DNA of 64,000 bases from Bispira polyomma (lineage: Eukaryota). This document shows, in pieces, positions 13,647-27,465 of the stretch (positions within the stretch are counted from its first letter, which is position 1; every line of letters begins with the position of its first letter). A model generated the notes under the pieces. The model worked only from the letters and a program-made list of their open reading frames with translations. It was not told the DNA's origin and did not search any database. The stretch is taken from assembly GCA_965649765.1 (NCBI GenBank), contig OZ287752.1, forward strand, positions 83,266,001-83,330,000, read 5' to 3'. Both the position numbers and the translations under genes were made by a program.

Positions 13647-16600
13647 CTAACTAATTTGAGAAACATTTTTGCCTTTTGGCACAGTTTTACTAATCCGGCT
13701 GTCTCAATGGTGAGCTCCTTGTTTTCTTGTGCCAGTGGCTGAAGGATGTATAAAGAACCCCTTTTTGTTGTGCCTTTTAGAATTATCATGTATGGAGATT
13801 AAGCGCCACTGTAAGGTAGAACAGGATAGAACCTGTTGGTGTAGCAAATATGTGCCACCGTAACTTGTTGAATTACTATCGTAAAATGATGAATCTCTTC
13901 CTGCCTCTATTAATACGGTAAATTACATAGGAGTACAAATATATATAGGCACTTTTCATTATGTCAAGTTTTAGTGAAATTATGACACAAGCTAAAAATA
14001 TTTAAATATAAATATATTATGTATAAACAGAAATAAATGCTGCAGTAAGACTGACTTAAAGAGATTTTAAAGACCCCAGAAGACCCGGTAATCTTTTATA
14101 ACAGTTGCTCAGTGTGTTAAAGGGTATAGCCACAGTTTGCCTTTGATTCTATACCTAGAAGTCTGAATACCTGGCCAGGAAGCCTTGAAAGGGGCTTTTG
14201 TATCCAAGGATCTCCGTTGAAGAGATACAATGCTTGGCATGTGAGGAAATTGCCGGATAATGTCAATAGAAAGTCATGTCTCTGAAACTTTTGAAGTGGA
14301 CTTGCTCCACAAAAAGGAATCGGAGAGACAAAGAAAATGGGAAAGAAAAAAAGCCTCTTTTTCTACCCTGTCGATGGGGGAGAAATGACAAGCAAAATGT
14401 ATTATTGTTTTTTTTTTTTATTCCATCTCCCAGTTCCCCATTCCCCATTTAGCCGCCGAGGGAGAAGCAAGGGCTTTATTACTTTTGAAAAGCCGTGGTG
14501 GAAGTACATTAAAAGAACTCCCAGAAAACCTTGAAGGAAATGGTGGGTTTTGAAAAAGGGTTTTAACTTCTTGGCAACCTGTAATAGAACAGTGTGATGG
14601 CTACTCCTCCCCTTTCTTGAAGACCTCTTGGAGAAGTAAGAAGCGAGAGGGGGGGTGGGGGGTGGGAGAGATTTATTTCTGGCTTGGATCCTTTGCCCAA
14701 GAGAAAATCGCTATGTAATGTCTTTCCAGTGCACCATGGTAGAAAATGAGGCTCTCGGAATAATTGGGATCATTTAGAGCTGGTGGACCCCTATGTGTTG
14801 ACACAAGTGCTCGAGTTAATGCCACTTTTAGGGATTAAGTTCTCATAGTTTTGATCTATAGCAAGGGGATATTAATGGTAATATGTCAAAAATGAAAGGT
14901 AGGAGGAAGGCGGAGGGGAAGAGTCTTATAGATTGAGTTGTCCGGAATGAAAAATTCTAGGTAAAGAGCAGAAATAATAATTTGAATATCCTTGAAAGAT
15001 ATATAGCTTGTAAAAAATGGTAATAATGGGAAGTTATTATATAAAAGCGTATGTATAAATTAAATTTTTTTGCAGGAGCCCAAAAGATAATTTAACTACT
15101 GTAAGTAAATGTCTACACATGTATATATATTGTGCAAGGTACTAAATATATAGATATTGTATTGCTGTGTTTGTATAGATTTTAAAGATTTCTCAGAAAA
15201 TAATAAACTAACATTAAAAATGTTTAAACCACTATTAGAAATGTAAAAATGACATGTGATTTCAGTTACATTTTAAATCCTAGGCAGTTGTACACAATAT
15301 CTGTATATCAGTCCTTTAATGAGCCATTGATATATTTACATTTGAAGGGAAAACAATGTCTTAGTTCTGTACAAGTCTGGTCATGATTTTTGTCTGTTCC
15401 CAAAGATAAAGCCGTGATTTTGATCCCAACAGACTTTTAACCTTGGAAATTCTCCAATAATTCTGCCTAGTGTGACAGCGTCATGCCCTTTGTTCTAACA
15501 CCAGTTACAAAACACCGAGACTATCGCTAAAATGATGGAAATTGAATTCCTTTAAGTCTGAGTGGATGGGTCGTTGGGTGTTGAGGGTGTTACTTGCAAA
15601 GCTTTGCCTCAGCTAGAAGCAGCATCCAAGCAAATTTAACCTAGAAATATTTATTGTGATGTAGTAAAATAATTTGATTAATTCTGTAATTAAGATTGAC
15701 CAGCTTCAGAATAAAAAAAAACAAAATAAAAATATTTATATATATAAAAAAAATAAATTAATTTGTGTTTCCATGTTCAAGGGTTTTTATCTTTTGTTCA
15801 TTGTTTTGGCAGAATTGAATGTTTAAAAGTAGCTATTGTACTAAAATCAAAAGGTAGACACCAAAGGCATGGAACATGTTGAAGGTTGAGTTATCTTACT
15901 GCTCAATAGTTGACTGTTACAACTGAAGGACAAATATGGTCTTTGCACCGATGATATACCTAGAACATTTGTGACAGTACAACTCATATATAGAAAGAGA
16001 GGACTGGTTTTTTACAGTGAGTGAGCTGATTTAATCAAGGTTACCATATCAACCGTCATGATATACTTACCTGTTACAATATAGAGTGCATCCCTTTGTT
16101 ATTACACACTACTGAAGTCTTAAAAAGAATCATTTTTCAAAATGGTAACAAGAAACTTCAAAAAAAGATTAACAGATGCTAGTGAGTAATGTTACTCATC
16201 ATTAGAAAGACCAAAAGTGTGCCTCGACCACAAAAGCCGTAAGTGCGCAATTCGTAACCGTACTTTATCTGGGAGAATAGATCGCGGATAAATAGTTCCA
16301 TCAGTAGCTACAAAAATAGTTCTCAGTGAGTTGGAAAATATCTTATTATTTGCTTTAAAATATATCCCTCGTCCATTATTCCGCCGTAAGTCGGTCCTTG
16401 ATTCGCCAATAAAGTACTCGCCCTTGAACTTTATTTTTACATTCAAGGTTTCCAATGGAAACATATTTTGAAGATAGAAAAAATTGCCATTCCAGCTTGA
16501 AACTCTCATTATATTCATAAAGAGTATTCAAAACGAACTGCACTTGGTACAGCGTAAGTGTACGTCTCCACAATTACCATCTGGTGATGTAAGATCGTAC

Positions 16601-17650
16601 CATTTGCGATACATATTTGTGGTTTGTGTCTCCACAGCGTTATTTTTGTATGGGGTTACAGGACTTTTAATTAATTTAATATTGTTTATAACATCACTTC
16701 TGTACGATTTTTCTGTCCGATGCGAAAATTTCCCCTCCAGGAGCAAAAAGTTTTATCGCAATCACAAATAGTACAGTGGGTTTGTGTGTGTGGAAACAGT
16801 TCTATATAACTTATAATGAAGAAACAAAACGCCATCGCAAATCGTACATGGTTTGGCGAAAATGGTACTTGCTGAGACGTACACTAAGTGTACCTCTTTA
16901 AAAGAAACCAAAAACCATTGCTTTTAAAGTGGAGTACATATTGGCCTTTAACCTGCAAATTTTTTAATGAGCCAAAAGAGATAAAGCTAGAGTATGTCCG
17001 TTACAACTTAAGGATCTTCTGGGGATTTGAAAAAATATAGTTGCAAAATTTAAAATGAGTAACAGAATCTGCAGAACTAGCTTTGTTATTGAGTTTGTAA
17101 TATTTACTATTTAACAGACATAAACAATACCAAATATTAAGTTTGGGATGTTTTCTCTATATACCCGTAATACGAATATAGTCTTTTCATTTGTAACCGT
17201 TGAGAGCTCCATAAAAGAACACCAACCCTATCACAGAAAAAGCAGCAAATTAGCCGGGTTTCTGGGGAAATCAAAATCTATTAGCCTGAGTTCCAAAGTT
17301 ACTGGCACTAGAGAAAGGCAATGTGTCTGAAAGCTCAGTGGATCCCCCAGACTTAGTACACAAGACACGCCACTACGATTTAATGAAAAAGTTGGATCCC
17401 AGACTGGTGGAAGTTCAAGGCTTGGTACCAAATTAGGCCATAAAAAAACAATGCTAGAACACAGAGTTTGCATATACAATTGTACATCTTTGCAGCAGTT
17501 TGCACATTAAATGGTTCACAAGATTAAAATATGAAAAGCAATAAGTTGTATGGTCCATTATATGGTCAGTGCTTAAAGTTGGTAATTCATTAAGTTTATG
17601 TTTAATAACAAATTGCCAGTAGATATCTGGCACCAGACATCAGATTGTAG

Positions 17651-17886
17651 TGTTTCCATGAGAGCGATTTTCTGACTCAATTTGTTGAGAGTAAAACATT
17701 TTATTTTAAAAATACACGTTTACTTGTTTTATTGTATACAAGCCAGCACTGAATGCTGACAGATTCTTTTGATTTGCCTACATACTAGACTAATAGGAAC
17801 TGCCGGTACATCGAAACTCTGTGTATGAGAATATTAAAGTGCTAGGGCATCGGCTATCACCTTTTAGTCATCGTCACTTGGAAACA
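17651..17886. mobile_element. Family C-related degenerate MITE
   Basis: TGTTTCCATGAGAGCGAT ... ATCGTCACTTGGAAACA inverted ends. Confidence 0.5.
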
Positions 17887-18903
17887 GAGGTTAATTATTT
17901 GGTGTTCTGTTAAACTGCAGTAAATCGTTTCAAACTTTACATTAATTTACACTCTTATACGCATTAATGTGAATGTAAAATATCATTTGATACTATCACA
18001 ATTTAGTGTTTTATCTCCAAAACTACAGAGCAGCCGTAACTCAAATGATCCAAATGCCTATTTGGGGGGTTACCAGTATCAACTGACAAAAAAAAATGAG
18101 AACCGACTAACCAAATGATATCTGGCCTCTGAAACTTGACTTGAGTCTAATTTGGGACCATTTACATTTTGAGATAGTGTGTAAAATATTACCTATGGTA
18201 TATGTACATAGCTGTTATCTCCTGGCAACTGGAAATATATATCATCTCCCTCTGTAAGGGGTTATAGCCTTTTATCAGTTCTTGGACAAACTGATAATGC
18301 TTTGGAGACTTTTAGATTAATAGGCGTACCAACAGATATGGCCATGGCTCTGATCCCAAAGGTGCCAGATATTTGAAGGTTTTAAAGGCTGACTTGTATT
18401 TTAAGTGAACGAACCAGTTAAGGTTCAACGTTTTGGGATTGATGTGATGTACGAAATAACCTTTTGTATTCTAGTATACTACTTACTGATTTAACCTTAT
18501 AAATTTGAAAAAGTTTCAGGAAATGTGTTTGTTATTGGATTTCTACTTGTATAATGTATATCATTGGTCAAATTTATAACTTTGGAACATCAAAAGCCCA
18601 AGATATTAATAAATGTATTTCCTTTGAATTGAATTCAAGGGAGACACAAGTGGTGTCAGATATGCTGAGTAGGTGATAGCTTGTACATGTCACTGTTTTT
18701 AGTGGTCACTTCTTAATTATTAAGCAAGTTCATAATCTTCAGATAGTGCAGCACAAAGTTGAGTTTTAGTGTCCAATATTTCCCTTGCTTACTCCCAATG
18801 ATGGTGACTTGCTAAGCTAATGTAAGTGTGGGTGTGGTAGTAATATAAGGCTACATCAGCCCAAATCATATTAGCCTTGGTCCAAGGCCCATTTACACTG
18901 TAA

Positions 18904-19572
18904 AGGTCTAAACACACACAGCCGCATCCGGATTTTATTTCGGAATGGGATTTATCTTTTTTGTAGCCATACTGAGACGAATAATTCGGCCGGATAATAT
19001 GTAATGAAGAGATTTTTTGGTGTAAATTTACTACAAAAATGATGAAAATATACATATCATCAACGATAGTCTGTTAGTAGATTTAATATTTTCTTCTTAT
19101 TTACCTCTTTCAAGGTATGTGCATTTGTTATTTATGTTAAAACATAGAACTGATATAAAAGCACACTTAAACTTGTATACTGTGTGTAAACATAGACATT
19201 GAGCATAAATTACACTGCCAGAAAAAAAATATGTTAAACAACTGTCACTACTTTTTTTCACTGACTATATGTATTTATTTAACTGACTGTCAAAACAGTA
19301 AATTTCGGCAGGCCCCAACAAGCCAAAAAAAACCAAAACAACGTAAACAGACCTAAAATCTCAAATTTCTCCAAAAATATACTTGTCTTTAGAAATCCGC
19401 CGAATATATCCGTGGTGGATTTATAAAAAAAATCTGTGTAAAAAAAATTCGGGTGGGATCTATAGATCCGCATCCGGATTCAGCTCAGTCTGTCCCCCTA
19501 CAGTGTCCATGATGTACAACCGGATCAACGATCCGGATCCGCAGCCGGGTTTGGCTGTGTGTGTCTTGACCT
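18904..19572. mobile_element. 669-bp non-autonomous PIF/Harbinger-like element with TAA target duplication
   Basis: TAA|AGGTCTAAACACACACAGCC ... GGCTGTGTGTGTCTTGACCT|TAA; internal (A)TCCGGAT motifs near both ends. Confidence 0.78.
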
Positions 19573-19757
19573 TAATATGTAATCTTTTATCTTGGAATCA
19601 TTATTCTTTGCTGAATGTATAACCTGAATGATATAGAATAACATAATGCAGACCATTAAAACACTAATTTTAAGTTTCCGATATAGATTGTGTTCACCAC
19701 AGATAAGATCGAGTGATAAGGAATGATTTCCTAAAATTTACATGAGTCATTATTATA

Positions 19758-20108
19758 CCGAAATCATCCGCAGAAGCGCCCACTGGGCGAAACGTCGAAT
19801 TGGAGAGAAACCGGGGGTGGGCAATTACGTGAGTGTTAGCCGCTATGATGTAGGATGCCAGCACGTGAGCTTTAGTAGGGACCGCAAAACCAAAAAATAC
19901 GTGATTTGTTTACGTTATAAACACTGGGCGAAAATAATGTAATACAGATGAAATAAACAAGGGAAAGTAGTTATTATTATGTAATTAATATATATATCAC
20001 GTCTGGTACGTTTTTTTGTGTATAAAATTGGGTGTTTAGGAGCTTTTTGACACATTTTGGGGGGGTGGGCGATAATGTGAGATAGGGCGCTTCCGCGGAT
20101 GATTTCGG
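19758..20108. mobile_element. 351-bp MITE, 24-bp TIRs, TA target duplication (Tc1/mariner superfamily-like)
   Basis: TA|CCGAAATCATCCGCAGAAGCGCCC ... GGGCGCTTCCGCGGATGATTTCGG|TA (1 mismatch); CpG-rich compared with the flanks. Confidence 0.88.
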
Positions 20109-20151
20109 TATGTCCAATTGAACATGTACATATGTCTTCCTGACAAAGTTA

Positions 20152-20350
20152 GGGGACCCTGATGGTGTAGTGGTAACACACTCGTCTCCTACCTCTGCAG
20201 TCGTGGGTTTGAATCTCAGCCCTGGTGTGTATGTGTGGGATAGTTGGAAGTAGACTCGCTGAAGGCCGGTGCTTTGATTTTCTCCACCAGTGAACTGGCC
20301 ATCATGAGACAAATCAAGACAGGCATTAAAACCAGAAGTAAACTAAACCA
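20152..20350 (+). mobile_element. tRNA-derived SINE
   Basis: Pol III A box TGGTGTAGTGG (20163), B box-like GGTTTGAATC (~20206), body ttctccaccagtgaactggccatcatga, tail ggcattaaaacc..aaactaaacc. Confidence 0.7.
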
Positions 20351-20923
20351 ATCCAAGCACAGTGGAGCCTGAATCAAGGCTAGTGTATGAGTTCAGAGAC
20401 AGCAAGACTCCTGATTTGTGATGAGGATCAATTGGATGTCTGTGTTTTAATACCTCAGGGGATAAGTCCTTAGCCCCAACGTTTTTCTTTCTGTTGCTAA
20501 TGGTTACTCATATGCAAATACAACAGTGCAGATGTTTTCTTTTTAGTGGGACTTCCCTTGTATTCCATAAGTTAGTTATACCCCCTGGTTATGCACACTG
20601 AGGCATACATCATTCCTTGTGATATTTTTTGTATCCGGGGATGAACATGAATTTTTTTTGTGCTTATTAATGCATGTTGCATTGATATAGGCATCTAGGG
20701 AAAACGCCAAGTACATATATACCATCATGCATGTATTGATTTCTGGCTGTTACACAAACTTTTGTAGATGTTATTCAGTGTCCCTCGGCATTGTAGGGAC
20801 ATATAGAAGTCAAGCAAATGAGTAACACTACTTACTGACACCCCCTTATTTACCATGTTATCAAAGCAATGGCTGATGAATCATACACAGAAAGAGTATA
20901 AAGTTTCCCTTATATTATAAGTA

Positions 20924-21095
20924 TAGTAGAACCTCCATTATCAGAACATTTTGGGAGAGCTGGATTTTGTTCAGATAATAGGCTAAAAAAATTGAAGAGG
21001 CATTTCTGTATAAAAAAAATAGGTAAATCAACATTTAGGGGAGCAAATAATGAGTTTATAACATTAAATATTAGGATAATAAAGGTTTGATACTG
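20924..21095 (-). mobile_element. MITE family A copy
   Basis: AGTAGAACCTCCATTATCAGAAC...ttgggagag...ttcagataatag...ggataataaaggttt; internal sequence reversed relative to the 408 copy. Confidence 0.7.
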
Positions 21096-23642
21096 TTTTT
21101 AGTCTGACAATTCTCTGATAAACATACTCTTTAGGTCTGTACAATTTACATTAAGATGTTAAAGAAGGCCCTTGGATTTAAATTTTCCAGCATTTCAATG
21201 TTTATGACCTTCACCTTCCAACACCCAGAATGTGTACTGTTTAAAATGTTTCTAAATATGAGGATTGAATATTGAACTTCAAAGGTATTTTGCTGTAAAC
21301 AAGGTTTTTGAGATGACCCATTTTTGAACTTTTATAGAAAATGTTTTCGGAGAGCATTTCATACAAGTAAGTCAGTTGGTGTATAATTACTAATTACACA
21401 TGTACCGTGTAGATAGATCCCAAAGAACAACAGTTTTTCCTTTTAATCTGTTACAATAAGTAACAAAAAAATCAATAAAATGCTTCTGTTTTCATGAAAG
21501 AGTACAATCTATTTCAAGCATGGGGGGTAAATGAAGTTAGTAATGATTTAATGGACCTCCAAATGTAAAGCTATTTTGTGTTGTATCAGAAAGAGTCAAA
21601 CATTAGTAATGGCCAATAACTTGGCTGACATACACGCATGTAATGTTATTTATTAGGACAGGTTTCGCTCATTTCTCCTGCTAATCAACCCCGCCAGACT
21701 AAGTAGTTAAGCTTTCATATGTTGTCATAACAAAGCTCCACCTAGAACAGTAGACATGGTGAATTGCTCAGCCCTGGACTTCCAACCAACAACGAGTTGT
21801 TTTGATCTACAAATATTTTCTAATTTTCTCCCATAGTGTTGAGTTTTCCAGGCAAAAATAAATATATAGTTTTTCAAGGCCGGTCTTAACAAACTGTTAA
21901 ATAGTACTGTTTTTACTGTACATGTAATTCTAAAAATTTGTACTAGTATTATCATTATGTGCTATAAATTTGTATTCTTGCGATTTTTCCTGCTTTGTAT
22001 AGCTAAGTCTATGTAATAAGTGTATGTAAATATGTGGTAGGTGCAAGTGATACATCACAACGTAGAGGAAAACTGTGAGCAAAAGAAACTGAGTAGAAAT
22101 AATGGCATGTACTGTGAGTGAGGTTTGCCAGGAGAAGAAGTAATTATAACTGTTTGTAGTCAAAGCATCTTTATAACACAGGCCTGGACCATTAAAAGAT
22201 CTGTACGGAAACTCTTGTCAAATCTTCTGAACTTAATCGTTCAAACTCTTGGGAAATTATGATCTATAAATTGGCAACTGATGATGTAAAAAGGGTTGAA
22301 TTTTTTTTTCAAAATTTGGCGAATAAAAAAAATGTTTTTCTCTTAATTGGACAAACTGTATTTCTGATAAACTAAAGCTAGACTCTTTATTTTTAAGTTT
22401 TGGCTCAAAGTAGAAGTTTGTGGACCTCTTAATGCTGGTGATCCAGAAGATTCCTGGTGGTTTAAGTCTGACCTCCTGACAAATTACTTACCCTGCTGTC
22501 ATGTGTAGAAAGGTACTGGCTTTTCAGGTTCTACGTAAACTTATCATCTTTAGAAATGGTAATTTACACGAATAAGTTTAAAATAACATTATTTTCTCGA
22601 AAGATAATATCTTAATAAAGCATTTATTTAAGTAAGATAATTGATCTATTTCATTTACTCTGAAGGCAATTGATTGAATATATAATTTGAAGTCTTTGAA
22701 ATGTTAAGTTCACCCTCAAACTCACTGTAGTGATGACATAACACCTAGAGAAGTCTGAGGTTATTTTTCTTCAAAAAGCTGCAGGTCTGGCTGGAGAATC
22801 TTGGTTTCCAGTAAAGCAATGCATCATTCCTGTGTAATATTAGTACTGTGTTGAGATATAAATAACTCATACTGCTTATATACTGTGGCCGGAGGTGACA
22901 AATTACTAGATAGGGTTTATTATTAAAGAGTTATTTTGTGGGGGCTTAGACTTAGTAAGGACTAGGTCAACCTTTGATGACAATTTCTATGCAATAAGAG
23001 CTATGTCTGTTAAGAGCTGGATCTGAGCGAGTGTATTTGTCACTGAACCAAGTTAAATGTTCCTTACTAACTTGCACATATTAGGGATAAAGGATTAAAA
23101 TTTTGAAACTCTTTGTATTTAGAGTTGCATTTTATTCCTACTCTAAAAGTATTTCATACTTTTCAGAAATATATGTTCTATGTATATCCTTTGATTGAAT
23201 TAATCAATAGTGAATGTTCTCACTTTTGCAAATTGTTGCCGGTAGCTCACGGTTTTGTCAGAAAATGTTTAAGAGTGATTTTTTAGAGTGACATGGCATC
23301 TTCAGCTGTTGAGTAAATGTCCAGGTATAATAAATACTTCATAGAACTACTGTTGTTGGCCGTAGTTTAAGGTCAAGTGCTCTCACTAAATCTTCCACTC
23401 GCACATGTTGCTTAAATTCAAACTCCCCCTCCTTGGATGGTGATTGTTTGTGTTTGCTTCCATCCAAAGGTAAATATACAACCATTCAGTGGTTGTCATG
23501 TGGGGGAGAAAAAAGTGGAAACTGTAGGCTTTGTTTAGGGATTTAGGGGAGTGGAACTGCAGAAAGATATATTAACATAGAAAGACAGAAGAAGTCTCCA
23601 AGTGCTGTCTAGGTGAATGATAACACAGCAATGTTCTTTTCT

Positions 23643-23807
23643 CAATAGAACCTCTATTATCCAAACACCTTAGGAGATATAATCGTAGTAATCTGTTCAG
23701 GTAAGGAAACATGCATAAATAGGAGGAAAACATAAATCTTAAGTGCATTTTAGTTAATAAAATCCCATGTTCAGTTAGTAGAAGCGTAAATAACAGAGGT
23801 TCTAATG
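23643..23807 (-). mobile_element. MITE family A copy
   Basis: TAGAACCTCTATTATCCAAAC ... ATAACAGAGGTTCTAATG|TA. Confidence 0.65.
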
Positions 23808-24362
23808 TATTTTTGTTGTTAATGTAGCAATACCAGAAACAGTGGCCATAATCTGGTCTTGTAGATCTGAGTATCTGGGATTATGGACCGCTTCAAATGG
23901 ACCTATAATTCTATTGTTTTCATTATGTGCACTACTACTCCAAAAAGCTTTGTAGTGTATGAACTATTCTATTATCCGAACAAAATATGACTCTCCCAAG
24001 CAGTCTAGAAAACAGATGTACTACTACTGTACAGTGAAAGTGGAATTCAAGAATTCTGTAGTTTACAAAGTGTTTCTTCATAAAAATTGATAACGTAAGA
24101 ATAAGGTGTTCAGTTTGGTATTTAATAATAAATGTATGCCCAATATTCAATAAATAGTGATTACTGATCCCTTTGCCTTGCCATTCTCATAGTCTTTGGT
24201 GGAAGTAGTTCTAGTGGGGTATAATTAGTAAGTGAGAGGTTCGATTCAGGTGTTGTTGATGAAATAGAATTATTAATGTAAATGCCATCTAGTTGATCAG
24301 GTAGCTGTTAGGAGTTGCCACTCGCCTGGATGGAGAGTTGGATGACTGGTATTGTGTGTATC

Positions 24363-24380
24363 TGGCCCCCCTGGTGGTCA
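24363..24380 (-). promoter_or_regulatory. Candidate CTCF-binding motif
   Basis: Minus strand TGACCACCAGGGGGGCCA versus the CTCF core TGGCCACCAGGGGGCGCT; motif match only. Confidence 0.4.
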
Positions 24381-24895
24381 AATGATGAACTATAGCCCTT
24401 AGGGGGGCGGTTTTCTGTTCTTGAATTGCATTCGTAATCTATTGTTTTGGACTTGTATTCAAGAGCTAGAGTTTAATTATTGTACATTGGTACACATGGA
24501 CTAAACTTCTGATAAAACGCTGTATTTAATATAAAAAAAATGTATATAAACATTTATAGTAGTTCTAATTGATTACCAGTAAATATAAATTTGTACCTAG
24601 TTTTGACGACTTAGAAGTATTCATACACTGTATCTGTTTTTACCACTAATGCTATCTATCCTCTGGTGCCTGTTGCTAAGGTCACAGCTCTGTTGGTAAT
24701 GAAGCCCCCCCTGATGGGAGTTTGTCTATCAGATATAATTAGACCAAATCACATCGATGTAATTCACTGTGTCCAGTTTTACACCAGGAACCACTGTTGT
24801 GGGTTTGTTATCAGACATATTCTAGTATTACTGTATTATGTTCTGATGTTTACACGTCTCACCTTTTGACTTATCACCTACTACAGCATATGATG

Positions 24896-25090
24896 CAGTG
24901 GTAGCTCTCCTATTATCGGGACATCTTGGGGGAGTCCAAATATCAACTAGGTAGCTAAAAGATTCAGAAAATGGAGGTGGTCCTTCAGATTTAAAATGTA
25001 GGAATATAAGTATTCAAATTTGTAAGCGAAATTAAGTCCGTAAGAAGTTAAATATTCGGATAACAGAAATTTGGAGGTTCTCTATAACTG
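24896..25090 (-). mobile_element. MITE family A copy (degenerate)
   Basis: cctattatcgggacatcttggggggag ... atattcggataacagaa...gaggttct..actg|TA. Confidence 0.55.
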
Positions 25091-25581
25091 TATTTTGTGT
25101 GTCCTGTTAGGACAAGTGATTCATATGATGAAATTGCCTTCTGTAATTCTGTTAAGAACACTGATGACGTGAGAGTTTTTACTAATTCAGCGTCCCTTTT
25201 AAGGAGGGCAGGAGACTATAGTGTGGGGAGTGTCCATTTAGGCAGATCAAATATTCATGGCAGTGTGAGGGAGGGTCCACCCACTGGGGAAATGGCTTAC
25301 CCTCATCACAAAAGGACTGACAAACGTGGACTGGGCGTTTTAGTAACTCCTAGTACCAAAAGGGTCATTCTAAGACCGTACTCCCCAATGAAGTAATTAG
25401 TTCAAACTCACAGTAAACTCTGGTGAAGGCCACACATCAAACTCTTGCAGATTGAAATAACCTTTACTTGTAACCATTAATTTTATAAATTTAATAGAGC
25501 GGTCAAAACTGAATTGAAATATGAAATTAAATTCTGTTTGTGTGTTTTTCCTTTCACGAGAGATAGAGAGAGCTTAGATTT

Positions 25582-25834
25582 GGGCCTGAGACTGAGCTTC
25601 AGTGTACGTAGATTCATCTTAAACTTATACTTAACTCAAATATGGATTATCTATAACTCTAGATAGAGTAAACGTATCTAAAATCTGACTCCATATTTGA
25701 ATTCAGGATTAAAAGCTCTATTAAAATGAATGGTCACAAGTATAGGTTATTTCCATGTACAAGGATTTCCACGTATTATCCAATACTTAAGTTGAGGGTG
25801 AGTTTAATCGTGAGTCTTTCAAGAATACCAGCCC
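25582..25834 (+). mobile_element. MITE family E (~240 bp; Harbinger-like GGGC.GTATT ends)
   Basis: Internal catatttgaattc...gctct.t.aaa.t.a.ggtcacaagtataggtt.tt.ccatgta is shared with the 43899 copy; ends in aagaataccagccc. An inverted partial copy lies at ~25376-25523. Confidence 0.6.
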
Positions 25835-27300
25835 AGATATTTGGAGAATACAACCACTTCTGTTTATTTGTATTTGTGCCAAAGTCATAAGAATATTGTG
25901 GTGCAAGTGAAGAAGTGAGTTAGTGGTTGGTATCTAAAATACAGCATATGCTACTCAGTAGAAACTGAATACTGGCATAAAGATTAAGGAAAATTTCTAC
26001 AGTAAAGGCAGAAAATGTTCAATTGTTAAAGAAGTAATCACACTTTAGGCACACAGCAGAGGTACTTGCACATTTAATGGTGATACATTCGTAACATCTT
26101 TAATATATTCTGGGGTTCCAGGCAAAATGCATCTTGGTCTCAACCTGCAAAATTGAGTACAATTGAGTAACGTTAGTTTTCGTTAAGGTCTAAGATTTAC
26201 ACTTGGTTAAAAATGACATATAACCATTATATGGCTCTTTGGGCAGCATATGTGGTCAGTATAAAAGTATACAGCCATTCCTGGGAACATAGAGGTCAGT
26301 ACAAAACCATACATAACTTTCAGCCTGTAAACAAACTTCCTATGAAAACATCTGTGTATTGTATCCAGTGTGTTACACCTGATGCCTGGACTTCCTTTTG
26401 TCTTTACAAGGATTGCTATGACTCAAACACGTCACCACATTCTCGGCTTTGCATAACCTTGGTGCCAGATTCCATTTATTTTGCCATTGTCATGCAACGT
26501 CCAATTAGCACATGGTGGCTGGTTGGGATTTATTCCTGATCCTGTTGTAGGTCGTGTTACAAGGTTAACTTTACCACACAGGACAATCAATTCCAGTTGG
26601 TACAACAAAAATATGGAATGTTTCTGTCAAAGTTGATTCAAGTTGACGGATTTATGTGGTCAGTTGACCATACTTGTGTCACTCATGTAGATAGTCATAT
26701 GCACATGTAGAATCTACATGAAAAAAATTAAACCTGTAAACTTACTAAATACACAAAAGATGTAAAATTATAAATGTACAAAAGAAGATATAAAGTCCAT
26801 GTGAGGCTTTATCTAGGACCTGATTGAATTCTTTGCTACGAGGCAAGTCAACAGGCAATTCGTTAATATAAGGCCAGAACAATATTTAAAATCTTGCAGA
26901 TTTGTTACCTTTGTATTATTCTGTCCTATTCATGTATTGAATGTCTATCTGTAAAAGTTTTATTTTAATGATGGTGTCGAATTCTACACTGAGTAATGAT
27001 TTTATAGTGATACAAGTTATCAACTGATGTACAGACGTATCTGCTATTTGCTTTCTACAAGTTCAGACAGTGCAAAAACACAGAAATGTAGCAGTCTGTA
27101 AATCTTGCAATTATTTTTTTTGTGCTATAAAGAAGTATATTTTTCTGACAGAGGATGCATATCAAATTTTTGTTAATGATATAGCCTTGTACACAGACTC
27201 AGAATCAGGATTCTTACTTTTAAAATGATCAGTCATTGTATTTATGTGAAGCAATGTAGTCAGACTCTCTTAATGCGGTGGTTAAGTACTTTTGTATCTA

Positions 27301-27465
27301 CAGCAAAACTTCTATTATGGTCTATCGGAAATGCCATGCAACCCAATATTCAATTTTATGAACTTGCTTCCACTTTCTCAAGTGTGTGTGTTGCTGTTTT
27401 CCTGTATCTGTTATACTTTATTGCTCCTCTCTTCTATGTTATGAACCTTCTATTATCCAAACAAG
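27301..27465 (+). mobile_element. MITE family A copy (degenerate)
   Basis: TA|CAGCAAAACTTCTATTAT...aatattcaattttatgaact...atgaaccttctattatccaaacaa. Confidence 0.6.

Noticed and set aside
20152-20225. tRNA gene
   Set aside because: A and B box remnants are present, but there is no cloverleaf and a SINE body follows. The same applies to the GGGTTCGAATCCC near 62067-62079.
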